NCBI GenBank assembly: GCA_965240325.2
Contig: OZ251233.1
Coordinates: forward strand, 1,426,001-1,490,000
DNA from: Rebecca billardiae RCC1528
Taxonomy: Eukaryota; Protista; Haptophyta
DNA: 64,000 nt
Reading direction: 5' to 3'
Shown: one piece after another, positions 48,543-59,837 of the stretch
How positions within the stretch are numbered: position 1 is the stretch's first letter
Layout: every line of letters begins with the position of its first letter
Program-made: the position numbers and the translations under genes
The notes under the pieces: generated by a model
The model's input: only the letters and a program-made list of their open reading frames with translations
What the model was told of the DNA's origin: nothing
The model's database searches: none

Positions 48543-51256
48543 ATGTCAACGCCAGTGGCGCCGTGGCCGCGTCGCCCGTCTGCTCTCGACGCGGAGACGG
48601 AGCGCGTCGTCGATTCCAACTCCCGCCTCTCGGACTGGGAGGTGTTCGAGGACGTGCGCCCCGCCGAGCTCACGCCCTGGGGCCGCTTCAAGGATGCCAA
48701 CGTCGAGGCGAGCTACCGCCGCGATCTGCGCGCGTCGCTGACGCTCGGGCTGATCCGCGTCAGCGTGTTCATCTCGTCCCTCGCGGCGTTGATTCACGTG
48801 GTTTCGATCACGCGGAACAGGGGCGCCATCTCGCTCTACGACCTGGTCGGCCTGATCTTCATCGGCTGGACCGTCCTCTTTGTCGCGCTCGTACACGCGG
48901 CGCGCCGCACGACGCGCGTGCCTCTCGACCTGATCGAGGCGGCGGCGGTCGTGTGGTTCACGACGGTGCTGGCCAAGCTCACGACGCTCTTCCCGTCGCG
49001 GCTCGACGCGCTCGAGGCGGGCACCCTGGACTCCGCCGAGGGCCCGCCCGCCCTCGGCATCCTGCTGCGCGCGTGCACCGTGATGATCATCTCCACGCTG
49101 TTCACGACGCTGCAGCTGCCGCACGCCGTGTGCCTCTACCTGTGCGCGGTGGTGGCGACGGCGGCGGGCGAGGTGCTGCTGCCGATGACGCACTCGTCAA
49201 CCGCGATGCAGGACCTCGGCCTCGTCGTCCTCCTCTCCTTCGCCGTCTCCGGCGCCACGCTCCACCGGCACCGCGTCGAGAGGCAGGAGTGGCACCACCG
49301 GCACGCAATCATCTCCGCGGCCAGGGAGTGGCGCGCGACCAAGCGCGCGGAGCTCGAGGCGCTGGCGCGCGCGCACGAGGCGGAGGTGGCGACGCAGGCG
49401 CGCGCCAAGTTGATCCGCGTCGTGATGCACGACCTGCGCTCGCCGCTGCTCGCCGTGCGCAACATGGCCGACGCGCTCGCCGACCTCGCGCCCGACACGC
49501 GGCTGGCCGACCCGTTCGTGCGGCGGTGCACGAGCGCGCTGCACACGTGCACGACGCTGATGGAGCAGATCGTGAGCGACATGCTCGACTTCGAGCGGAT
49601 CGACTCGGGGCGCATGTCCCTCGCCCGCGCCCCCTTCGCCATCGCGCAGCTCCTCTCCGACGCCGAGCTCGCCTTCGCCTCGCTCGCCGGCTCGCAGGGT
49701 GTCGAGCTCACCTTTGAGCCGCTGCCGCCCGAGCTCGCCTCGGCCGTGCTCGTCGGCGACGAGCGCCGGCTGCTGCAGTGCCTGAGCAACGGGCTGAGCA
49801 ACGCGAGCAAGGCGCGCGCGCGCGCGCGGCGCGCGGCGCAGCCGGCGCGGCCACGCGTCGCACTGCGCCCCCGCTCCACGCCGACCGCACAGCGCGCGCA
49901 TGCGCTCACCACCACCACCCGTCGCTGCGGCCCCGCTGCATCCGCTACCCCGTCGGCGTGCGCGCGCACGCAGTTCACGGAGCGTGGCGGCCAGATCCAC
50001 GTGCACGTCACGTCGGGCGAGCGACGCACCTCTGCGTCCGGCGACGTGCTCGAGTGCGTCGTGATCTCTGTCGAGGACGACGGGATCGGCCTCGCACCCG
50101 ACGAGCTCATGCTGCTGCGCTCGGGCGACGTTTTCCAGCAGGTGCGCGGCGCGGCGCGCGCGGCAGAGCGACTCGGGCGGACGGAGAGTGCATGCTGCGT
50201 GCATGTGTGTTTGCTCAGTACATCCATGTCTGCTGCTCGGTGGGGCGGGGCATCCGGGCACGCTGCGCTGGCGCTGCTAGGCATCGCGGCCTGCGCGCGC
50301 GCACAAGCACGTTGTCGCGCCTCGCCTCATCACCACTCGCGCGCGCGGTGCCCATGTCGCGCGTGCCACCGGCGCGGCGGCAGGTGGGCCGGGGCCAGCT
50401 GCAGGGCAACGGCGGCACCGGGCTCGGCCTCAACATCGTGCGGCAGATCCTGCTGCTGCACGACGACTCGCAGCTGCACATGAGCTCCGACGGGCTCGGC
50501 TGCGGCACTCGCTTCCAGATGCGGCTCTACTTGCCGAGCGCTGGGGGGAACGAGGCGGCGCAGGTGCGCTCGCGGTACATGTCTGCCAAGACGCTGGCGC
50601 TCGCGAGCGAGGGCGAGGCGACGCGCCTCGCGAGGGAGGACTCCTCGCGCGCGTCGTCGCGCAGAGACTCGTCGCGCAGGGGCTCGACGCGCGCGACGCC
50701 TTCTGCCGGCGCGTCGCCCGCCGTCGGCGCGCGGCCCGTGCGCGCCGTGCTGCACAGCCTTGACAAAGGCGACGCCGGGCCTGCCGACGGGCCCGCGGGG
50801 CCGGCCGCACCCGGCGGGCGCGCGGTGGCCTGCTTGCACGTCGAGGACGACCTGATGCTGCAGATGACGCTGGGGGTGCGGCTCTTCGGCGCGCCGGGCA
50901 TCGAGTGCGACGTGGCGGGCGACGGGCGCGAGGCGCTCGAGCTCGTCGCGCGCCGCGCCGCCGAGGGCCGCCCCGCGTACGACCTGGTGGTGCTGGACAA
51001 CCAGATGCCGCACATGGGCGGCGTGGCGGCGGCGAGGGAGCTGCGCGCGGGCGGCTTCGGCGGCACGATCATCGGCATGACCGGCGACCCCGTCGGCAGC
51101 CCGGACCGCGAGGAGTTCGCGGCGGCCGGCCTGACGCACTGCGTGGACAAGACCCCCGACGGGATGGCCATCATCGCCGACGAGATCCAGCAGCGGCTCG
51201 TCGCCATCGGGCTCGCGCTGCCGGCACCGACGCCGCTGGGGCCGGCAGCGGAATGA
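48543..51256 (+). CDS. Membrane-bound hybrid sensor histidine kinase (TM sensor-HisKA-HATPase-receiver); introns 49812-49973 (GC-AG), 50142-50383
   Basis: ~6 TM helices; H-box VMHDLRSPL; N-box CLSNGLSNASK|FT; G1 VEDDGIGL; G2 GGTGLGLNIV; receiver HVEDD...LDNQMP...GMTG...DK. Confidence 0.93.
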
Positions 51257-51924
51257 CGTGTGCGGCGGGCCGTACGGGCGAGCGGGCACCAGGCTGCCTG
51301 CCATCCGCATCATGCCAGGTGCCTGGGCAACGGTCCGCAGCCGTGCCGGCCATGCCCAGGCGTCCAAGTCGTCCGGCATCCCATTAACGCACGCGGTGCC
51401 ACCTCTGACAACTACTACTATCGTGAACTACCGCTGCCCAGCCCCGGCCACAGACGACTACTAGCTATTGGAGCTGAGCAGGTTCACAACTGCTGACCGG
51501 ATGCTAAGACCCGCAATGTGAATGAGTCAATCATCAGCAATGACCTCGTCACAGCAATATAATAATGCGGCCTGTCGCCTATTGGGAGAGCGGGCCCGGG
51601 GTAGCGGACTCGCGGTGGGCCGTGCTGCCGCAATCTGTCAGTGTCTGTGCAACGGTACAGCGATTCGCCCGCGGACTGCCGCAGTACTACAGCATGAGTG
51701 TCTGACGACTGGTTGGCGAGTGCGTCACACCACGTTCCGGATGCCTCGCACCAGGATTCTGACGCGCGTTCGGACTCGGAGCCGGCCCACAGACCGAGTT
51801 CAGGTCGGTCGTGCACGGACCCTCGGGCCGCGCTGCGTCAGCGTGCGCGCTGGACCGCGTGGTGCGGTGGTGCCAACCACCATATTGGCGCGCGAATTCG
51901 AGCATGCGAAATATCTTGCATAGA

Positions 51925-52570
51925 CGACAGTCGCCTGTCGGCTTTGGGTCGCGCGGAGCAGTGAGTGCGACCGCGCGCCAAGCGCCCAGCTGCAGCGCGC
52001 CGCGTCACGGCCTCAACTGGCCAATGCAGCCGCATCTGGTCCCATGAGCCTAGCAATGGACTGAGGCTCCGATTCTGCCGAGCGCGAACTCGTGCATAGA
52101 CCGAGACAATAGTCGGCTGTCGGCTTTGGTCCGCGCGGAGCAGTGAGTGCGACCGCGCGCCAAGCGCCCAGCTGCGCAACGGCCTCAACGAATGCAACTA
52201 TCTGGTCCCGCAAGCAAGGCCAAGCAGCGGTCGGTCGACCGAGGCTCATTCCGAACCGCACCGGCACCCTTCGTGAAACATTGCGGCGGTCGAGCGATTG
52301 GCAGGGGCGTGGCCGCATCGTATCGAGTGCACGTCGCGCTCAGGCGTCTGCTCACTGCACACGCGCTGTGTTCGCGCAGCTCGAGCACTGTGCCTCGTCG
52401 TTCGCGACCGCAGGTCCGTGACTGTCGTTCGTTGCACTCCGTGAAACGCGCGCACGAGGGGTTCTTGAGACGCGCCGAGCGGCAAGTAGGCGGTCGACCA
52501 GTCGTGCAGGGGCGTGACCGCATCATCTTTCGCGCGTGTCGCGCTCAGGCGCCTGCTCACTCCGCACGTA
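51925..52570. repeat. Degenerate direct duplications, possible TE remnant
   Basis: A ~70-bp block (GTCGGCTTTGG...GCGCGGAGCAGTGAGTGCGACCGCGCGCCAAGCGCCCAGCTGC) occurs at ~51935 and ~52118. A second diverged pair (GCAGGGGCGTG.CCGCATC...GTCGCGCTCAGGCG.CTGCTCACT) occurs at ~52301 and ~52506. Confidence 0.6.
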
Positions 52571-54359
52571 CTGTGTCACCGCGCGGCTTGGCGGTCTGTG
52601 CGGAGACGTGCGGTGATTGGTTGATTGATGCCGCGGATCGTGACATCGGCCGGCTAGCGGCGAGCTCGGCGGGCGAGAGACGCAATCAGAGCTTGGCGCG
52701 AGGCAAGAAGCGCGCGACGGCCATGCACTGCGCCGCGGACGCGCCTCCCCCCGACGGGCATCGTGGCCACAGCAGCCCGGGTGCGCGCCTCACGGCGGAG
52801 CCCTGCGGCGGCTGCGGCTTGAGGAGCTGCATGCGGCCCCGTTGCGCTCGAGACGCGTCGCGACACGACTCGGGGCGATGGCCGACGCGACGGGAGTGGT
52901 GGGTTTGGCAGTCCGCGGCGGTTATCGCGTTATGACTGCCGCGTCGCTGCTCCGCCGCCGCCCGTGCCCCTCCCCGCTAGGTGGGCGTATACCTGGCCGG
53001 ACGCGGGCTCGGCGCTCGCAGCGGCATCGCCGGAGTGACCGCACGGTGACGAGATGTGAGTCGGAAGCAGCTCGCCTTTGCGGCGCGGGTACCAAGCGGA
53101 AAGTGAGCGTACCTGCAGGAGGGCCGACCCTCGGCGTGACAGGCGCACCTTCGGGGCCGGTCAGGGCAGCCCACGTCGTGCAGCCGACCGCTTCCGCCGC
53201 GACTGCCCCCCGGCGCACCCTGCCCCGGCCGACGCCTGAGCACAGCGGCCCCGCCCGGGCCCGGGGCCCCCGGGCGGCAGGCCGCGGCGGCGCCGGCACA
53301 CTCACGGACAGCCAGCGGCGCTCCTCCGCCTCCTTCGCTCCCCGTTCCTCGTTGTCCCCCCCTGGCGTGGTGCGCGTGCATCACGCTCGAACTCTCACGA
53401 TGCTGCTTCGGCGTCCTTCTGCGGCGGCATCCGACGGTCGTGCGCACTGCGAGGCGGAGCGCGAGGTGCTGGGCACTGCCGTCCGTCGTGCTCCCTCCTC
53501 CTCATGGCCCACTGCTTTACTCGAGGGGAACGCTCAGCGCCTTCTGCTTCTCTCATCCGCTCGTGCGCGACCACGCTTGTGCTGGGTGTCCTTCTGAGGC
53601 GTCCGGTGGCCGGGCGCACATCGGGGACGCACATCGGGGTGGTAAGTGAGGTGCCGGTGCGCTGCCGTCCGTCGTGCGCGCTCCTCGCTCATCTCCACCT
53701 GCTTCGCTCGAGCGTGGGCGCGCTCGGCGCTGTCTGCCTCGCTCGCGCGCGAGCGCATTTTGGCGCTGGACGAGACTCGTGCGCATCCATGCTGCTTCTG
53801 CGTCCATCGGCAGCGTCCGGCGGCTGGGCGCACGGCGGGGCGGCGCCAGCGGGCGTGTGTCGGGCACGCTCCACGCTCCTCACCAGCTGCTGCGCGCTCG
53901 CGGGGGCGTACTCAACAACACGCTCCTCACCAGCTGCTGCGCGCTCGCGGGGGCGCGCTCAACAACACCTTCTGCCCTTCGTCCGAGCTGGAGCGCATGT
54001 CGGCGGCGCGGGCAGTGAGCGCACACATGCTACTTCGGCGTCCCGTTCTCGGCCATCTGTTGGGCGGCCGGCGGGGCGGCGCGTGAGGTGTCGTTGCGCT
54101 GTCGTCCGTCGGGCACACTCGTCGCTCATCACCTTCTACTTCGCTTGAGCGGAACCGCGCGCTTCATCACCTTCGATCTGCCCCCCGCTCGAGCGAGCGC
54201 GCTTCTTCGGCGCGGGCCCCTCGGGGCGCAACAGCGGAGCCGCGCGCGCTCCGCGTGTTCGCGCTCGCCGCACGCCGCTGCCGCGCTGCAAGCACGCCGC
54301 CGCCACTCGCCGCCGCACGACTCACCCTTCTCTACAGCTCGCCGTCGCTCACTCGCGCG

Positions 54360-54436
54360 TCTATCTGTCTATCTATCTGTCTATCTATCTGTCTATCTGT
54401 CTATCTGTCTATCTGTCTATCTGTCTATCTGTCTAT
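54360..54436. repeat. (CTAT/CTGT)n tetranucleotide microsatellite
   Basis: Directly visible. Confidence 0.95.
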
Positions 54437-54489
54437 CCCTCGCGCGCGCGCCGATCATCATGCGCCGATCATCGTGTGCGCACCCTATC

Positions 54490-55095
54490 TTCTCCGCGCG
54501 TCACTTGCGCCTATCTCATCTCCGCGCGTTACTTGCGCCTACTATCTACTTCTCCGCGCGTTACTTGCGCCTGTCTCCGCGCGTCACTTGCGCCTATCTA
54601 CTTCTCCGCGCGTTACTTGCGCCTACTATATCTACTTCCCCACGCGTTACTTGCGCCTGTCTCCGCGCGTCACTTGCGCCTATACCTCCTCCGCGCGTTA
54701 CTTGCGCCTATACTATCTACTTCTCCGCGCGTTACTTGCGCCTGTCTCCGCGCGTTACTTGCGCCTACTATATCTTCTCCGCGCGTTTACTTGCGCCTAT
54801 CTTCTCCGCGCGTTACTTGCGCCTGTCTCCGCGCGTTACTTGCGCCTACTATATCTTCTCCGCGCGTTACTTGCGCCTATCTTCTCCGCGCGTTACTTGC
54901 GCCTGTCTCCGCGCGTTACTTGCGCCTACTATATCTTCTCCGCGCGTTTACTTGCGCCTATCTTCTCCGCGCGTTACTTGCGCCTGTCTCCGCGCGTTAC
55001 TTGCGCCTACTATATCTTCTCCGCGCGTTACTTGCGCCTATCTTCTCCGCGCGTTACTTGCGCCTATCTCCTCCGCGCGTTACTTGCGCCTATGT
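54490..55095. repeat. Minisatellite, ~22 copies of core CTCCGCGCGTTACTTGCGCCT with short variable linkers
   Basis: Directly visible tandem array inside the split-direct-repeat element. Confidence 0.92.
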
Positions 55096-57867
55096 CCTCC
55101 GCGCCTATCGTCTCCGCGCGCATCTTCTCCGCGCGTCACTCGCACCTGTCTTCTCATGCGCGCGCGCCGATCATCATCATGTGCGCGCGCCGATCATCAC
55201 TTCGTGCTCAGCGTAACCATCGCATCATCATCCGGGTGCCGAGCGTGCCATCATCGCACACACCTTTCGGCGCGCTTACATGGGCGTACGTGGTGTCTGT
55301 GGCCGGGGCGTGGGGGACGACGTCGTCGGCGGGCTGGCGTTGATACCCGCGCGCGCCGATCATCATTCGTGCTCCGCGCAACCATCATCATCATTCGGGT
55401 GCCGAGTGCGCCATCCTCGCGCGCACCTTTCGGCGCGCTTACATGGGTGTACGTGGTGTCTGTGGCCGGGGTGTCGGGGACGACGTTGTCGGCGGGCCGG
55501 CGTTGATACCTGCGCCGCGTGGCGGCTCTGGCGGATGCAGCTCTCGCCGGTCGGCTGCCACTGCAGCGGGGCGCGCGCGCTGCTGGGCGTTTTCGGGCGC
55601 GAAAAGCGACGTGGCCCGCTGGCCACCTGCGGCGCTTTCACCTGGCCTTGGTCTTCCTCGCTCGTCACCTTCTGCGTCGCTCGAGCGCGCACGCGCTCAT
55701 CGTCGTCAATCACCTCCTGTCTATCGCTCGAACCGCTGCTTTCCGTTCCGTTCCGTTTCTACGCGCGTTCCTTTCCTCACGCCGAGCGTGCCTGGCCCTT
55801 CCCGCCACGCGCCACGCGTTCCTCTCCCATTCCTGTGCCATCTTCCTCACTCATCACCTCCTGCTTCGCTCGAGCGCTCGAACGTGGTCGCGTTCATCGT
55901 CAATCGCCTTGTGCCTCTCGCGCGAGCCGTTGCGGCGAATTCGTCACGCGCGCGCATGGTCATGCGCGCGCGCCGATCATCGCGTGACGATCATCATGCG
56001 CGCGCACCGACCAGCGCCGATCATCATGCGCGCGCGCCGTCATGCGCGCGCGCCGAGTATCATGCGCCGTTTATCATGCGCGCGCTCCGATCCGCCCGCG
56101 CGTGCACCGCTCATCGTGCGCGCGCACCGATCGTCATTCGTGCGCCGCACGGCCATCACCATTCGCGCACCGTGCGCGTCACCTCGCACGCCCCTTTTCG
56201 GCGCGCTTTCACGGGCGCTCGTGCGGTCTGCAGGCGCGTGGTTGACGACGTTGTCGGCAAGCCGACGTCGATACCTGCGCCTCATGTCGGCTCGGGTGTG
56301 TTCCGCGACGGCTCGGGCGCATGCGCTCTCGCCGGCCGGCGGCGGCGGCGGCGGTGCGCGCGTGCTGCTGGGCGGTTTCGTCGGGCAAGTGGACGGCGTG
56401 GCCTGCGGGTCACCTGCAGCGCTTCGCCTGGCCTGTGCCGGCGCGCGACGACGGGCGGGTTACGCCAGTGGTCCTGTGGTCCGCCGGTCGCTGCGGGCTC
56501 TCGGCGACCTCTGGCAGGGGCTGAGCGCTGGGGGGGAGGGGGGGGGGGCACCCAGTCCGCCGCTCCGCGGCCTCACACCGGCGGCGTGCGGCGTGGTGGT
56601 GGGCAGGGCGCTGCGCCTCTGGGGGTCGGGGCCGGGCCTGGCCTCGGCCGCGCCGGCCGACGCCGGCCACGCCGGCGTGGCGCCTGGCGCTGCGCCTCTT
56701 TGGGCGGGCGCTGCCTCGCCGCCCTGCCCCCCCCCGTGGCGACTGGCGGCCCCAGGCAACCCCTGCATCCGCCTATCGTAAACACCGGATCGCCAGAAGG
56801 AGCGCGACGCGCGCGCGGTTATGGGGCGATGGCCGACGCGACGGGAGTGGTGGGTTTGGCAGTCCGCGGCGGTTATCGCGTTATGACTGCCGCGTCGCTG
56901 CTCCGCCGCCGCCCGTGCCCCTCCCCGCTAGGTGGGCGTATACCTGGCCGGACGCGGGCTCGGCGCTCGCAGCGGCATCGCCGGAGTGACCGCACGGTGA
57001 CGAGATGTGAGTCGGAAGCAGCTCGCCTTTGCGGCGCGGGTACCAAGCGGAAAGTGAGCGTACCTGCAGGAGGGCCGACCCTCGGCGTGACAGGCGCACC
57101 TTCGGGGCCGGTCAGGGCAGCCCACGTCGTGCAGCCGACCGCTTCCGCCGCGACTGCCCCCCGGCGCACCCTGCCCCGGCCGACGCCTGAGCACAGCGGC
57201 CCCGCCCGGGCCCGGGGCCCCCGGGCGGCAGGCCGCGGCGGCGCCGGCACACTCACGGACAGCCAGCGGCGCTCCTCCGCCTCCCGCCCGCCCTCCCTGG
57301 CGTGGGATCGCCGCGCTGGGGTGGGTGCGGCTTGAGTCAGCGTCCACGGGGGGGGCGATGTGCTGCCGGGCGGGCGCTGCCTCGCCGCCCTGCCCCCCCC
57401 CGTGGCGACTGGCGGCCCCAGGCAACCCCTGCATCCGCCTATCGTAAACACCGGATCGCCAGAAGGAGCGCGACGCGCGCGCGGTCATCAGCTCTCAAAG
57501 AGCTGGCGAGCTTGGGCTTCGTATATGTATTCTGCTTCTCTTTGATGCGCCTCTTCGATTTTCGCGTAATGCGGTCCGGTGCCGTCTCGATTGTTGGCGG
57601 TTCACATTCCAATCGTTTTCGTTTGCGCCCGATCTCTGGCTGCTCGAATCCTCGTCAAGAATTCGAATCGTGTATCTGAAACGCGACATTTTTCTAGTAG
57701 AAGTCGAAGTTTGTAAATAACGAGGCCAGCCGATATCCGGACAAACTCCTTGGACCAGTATGCGCCGCCATCGTGATTCGCGCTCGCGGGTTTGGTACAC
57801 GGGCCCTCCGGGCCCGCATTATATTATAACGTACCGCGCGCGCGAAATCGTCGCCGCCATCGGCATC

Positions 57868-57871
<4 letters not shown>

Positions 57872-57961
<90 letters not shown>
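57872..57961. repeat. (AT)n microsatellite, ~45 units
   Basis: Directly visible. Confidence 0.98.
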
Positions 57962-57963
<2 letters not shown>

Positions 57964-58183
57964 GATGATCGAATGCTGACGAATGCCGGCGGAGGCGGAA
58001 TGGCATCATCAGTGATGATCAACTACTATCAGCAAGCGTCACGGGCGCGCCGTGGCCACTTGGCACTTCTGATATATCGATGGGATGATGGGGTGACTGA
58101 CTCGCGTGATCGGATTGCTTGGCCGTGCTCGGACGAGCAGGCACCTTTTCCGCTGCAGGGAGACCGCGGGTTCGAGGCACGTC

Positions 58184-58839
58184 TCAGAGCTTGACCGTGC
58201 ACACGTTGTCGTCGCCGCTGCTGCAGCCCATGTCCAGCCCTTCGGAATGGTCGAACGAGTTGGAGCCGAGGTAGGGGTTGCTCGTCGTCCACCAGATCAC
58301 GCTGCCCTGCGGCGGGCGGGAGCGGCGGAGGGGCGGAGCGGGCGCGGCAAGAGTTGGGGCCCGCGCGTACGCGCGCGCGCGCCGCTCGCCTGCTCCCTCG
58401 CTGCCCGCCTCACGCGCGAGGCAGGCGCGGCGGCTCTGCGCGCCGCGCCGTGACCGGGCCGCACCATATCGTCCGCCGTAAACTCCGCCTGCCGGCGCCC
58501 GCGGCGAGGCAGCCGCGATGCGCGGCCGGATGCCAGGGCGCGAGGCACGACGCCAGTCAGCGCACGGTGCGCGTGCGGCGTCACCCGTGCCCGCGCCTCG
58601 CGCGCACGCGGACGCGCGCGCACGAGGCAATCGGTCACGCCGGTGGCAAAGCCGTTGGACTCGACGGTGTAATTGTAGTCGTTGCCCGGGTCGAGGTTGT
58701 GGGGCGCGGCTTTTGTGAAGCGACCAGAGCCGTAGCAGTCGTACTCCCCGCCCTTGGTGAGCGTATAGTGCTCCGTCGACCACTCGGCCACCTTGATGAA
58801 CACTTGTGTGGAGCGCGCGCTGTTGGACGGCGCCGCCAT
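58184..58839 (-). CDS. Small (120 aa) aegerolysin/Cry34-like beta-sandwich protein; exons 58624-58839, 58465-58488, 58184-58306
   Basis: Two GT-AG introns and a 24-nt microexon give ...GRFTKAAPHNLDPGNDYNYTVESNGFATGVTDCL|AEFTADDM|GSVIWWTTSNPYLGSNSFDHSEGLDMGCSSGDDNVCTVKL. ES.GF.TG and W..PY.GSN are typical of this fold family. Confidence 0.7.
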
Positions 58840-58964
58840 CGTGCCCACGGTGCCAACGGTCCGAAAATCCGAAAGCCCGCGGAAAGGGGCGGGCGGCCGG
58901 ACGCGGGGCCGCCGCCCGCGGCGGAACGATGGCGGCCGCCGCCCTGAGTTGAGCGCTGCTTGGG

Positions 58965-59837
58965 ATGCGGCGTGGCCCGCCAGGCCTGAACGGGCTGTCG
59001 ACGGTGTGCGCGCTGCAGGCAGGCGCCGACGGTCCCTCCTGCCTCCTGCTCCTCGGCGACGCGAGCAACGCCCTGGCTATCGCCGCGGCAGGTCGGGCAC
59101 CCATTGCGCCACCGGGTGCCGCCGCGCACACCGAGGTGTGCGTCTCGCACATCGTGTGCGTCGCTGACGCGAGGCCAGCCCGCGAGATACAGCGCGCCAT
59201 CGAGGGCTCGACGACGCGCGCACCTCGCCTTGCTGTGTGCGCCATGTCCGACTGGAAGCGGCCGGACGAGTGCGTCGTCATCCACGAGGAGCTCGCGGAG
59301 CCCCTCGCCGCCGTCGCGGCGTCGGTGCGCGCGACGCCGCCCCCGGACATGCCCGCCACGGCCGAGCGCGGCGTGCTCGTCCATTGCACGCGCGGGCACA
59401 ATCGCTCGCCCGCGCTCGTCCTCGCGGCGCTCGTCCAGCTGGGCTGCTCGCTGCGCGACGCCTACCGGCTGCTCATGCGCGCGCGGCCCGACTGCGACCC
59501 ACTGCCTGCGTACCGCGCCGGGCTGCGCGCCTTCGAGCTGGCCTTGCGCGGTGGGTCGACGGTCTCGCCGGACGAGCTCTTCGCGATGCACATCTCGCAG
59601 CTGATGCAGCTCTCGCGCAATGGCGCGCTGCCCAGCGAAGCCTCCGACGAGTACTTTGGCGACGACGCCGACCCGCTCGAGGTGGCGCTGGACGCGCGCG
59701 ACAGCGCGGTGGACGCGCTCCTCGCCGAGCGGCGACTGCCGCCGCTGAGCGGGAGCGCGCCGACTATCGTGGTGTCCGGCGAGTACCTCAGGCTAGGCGC
59801 ACAGAGCGGGCCTGGTCAACATCAGCCAGGCATCTAA
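58965..59837 (+). CDS. Dual-specificity protein phosphatase-like
   Basis: Catalytic signature VLVHCTRGHNRS (HCxxGxxRS), followed by ALVLAALVQLGCSLRDAYRLLMRARP; upstream LLLGD...VSHIVCVA. Confidence 0.88.
   Translation: MRRGPPGLNGLSTVCALQAGADGPSCLLLLGDASNALAIAAAGRAPIAPPGAAAHTEVCVSHIVCVADARPAREIQRAIEGSTTRAPRLAVCAMSDWKRPDECVVIHEELAEPLAAVAASVRATPPPDMPATAERGVLVHCTRGHNRSPALVLAALVQLGCSLRDAYRLLMRARPDCDPLPAYRAGLRAFELALRGGSTVSPDELFAMHISQLMQLSRNGALPSEASDEYFGDDADPLEVALDARDSAVDALLAERRLPPLSGSAPTIVVSGEYLRLGAQSGPGQHQPGI

Larger units (their letters stand above)
52872..57485 (+). mobile_element. Non-autonomous tyrosine-recombinase (DIRS order; PAT/Ngaro/TOC1-like) retroelement with split direct repeats
   Basis: A1 52872-53333 = A2 56823-57284 (462 bp). 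B1 56702-56819 = B2 57368-57485 (118 bp). Order is A1-internal-B1-A2-83 bp spacer-B2. No TSD and no recognisable RT/RH/YR ORF. Confidence 0.75.

Noticed and set aside
48543-51256. Histidine kinase as bacterial contamination or recent HGT
   Set aside because: It contains host-type introns, and hybrid kinases are common in algae.
54490-55095. Possible CRISPR array
   Set aside because: The linkers are only ~2-10 nt and themselves repeated, no cas genes are present, and the context is eukaryotic. It is a minisatellite.
54088-57335. Long ORFs inside the split-repeat element as transposon proteins
   Set aside because: Translations of satellites and GC-rich sequence; no RT (YxDD), RNase H, gag or tyrosine-recombinase motifs seen.
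57760-58194. ORFs containing IYIYIY runs (also near 33004-33237)
   Set aside because: Translations of (AT)n microsatellites.
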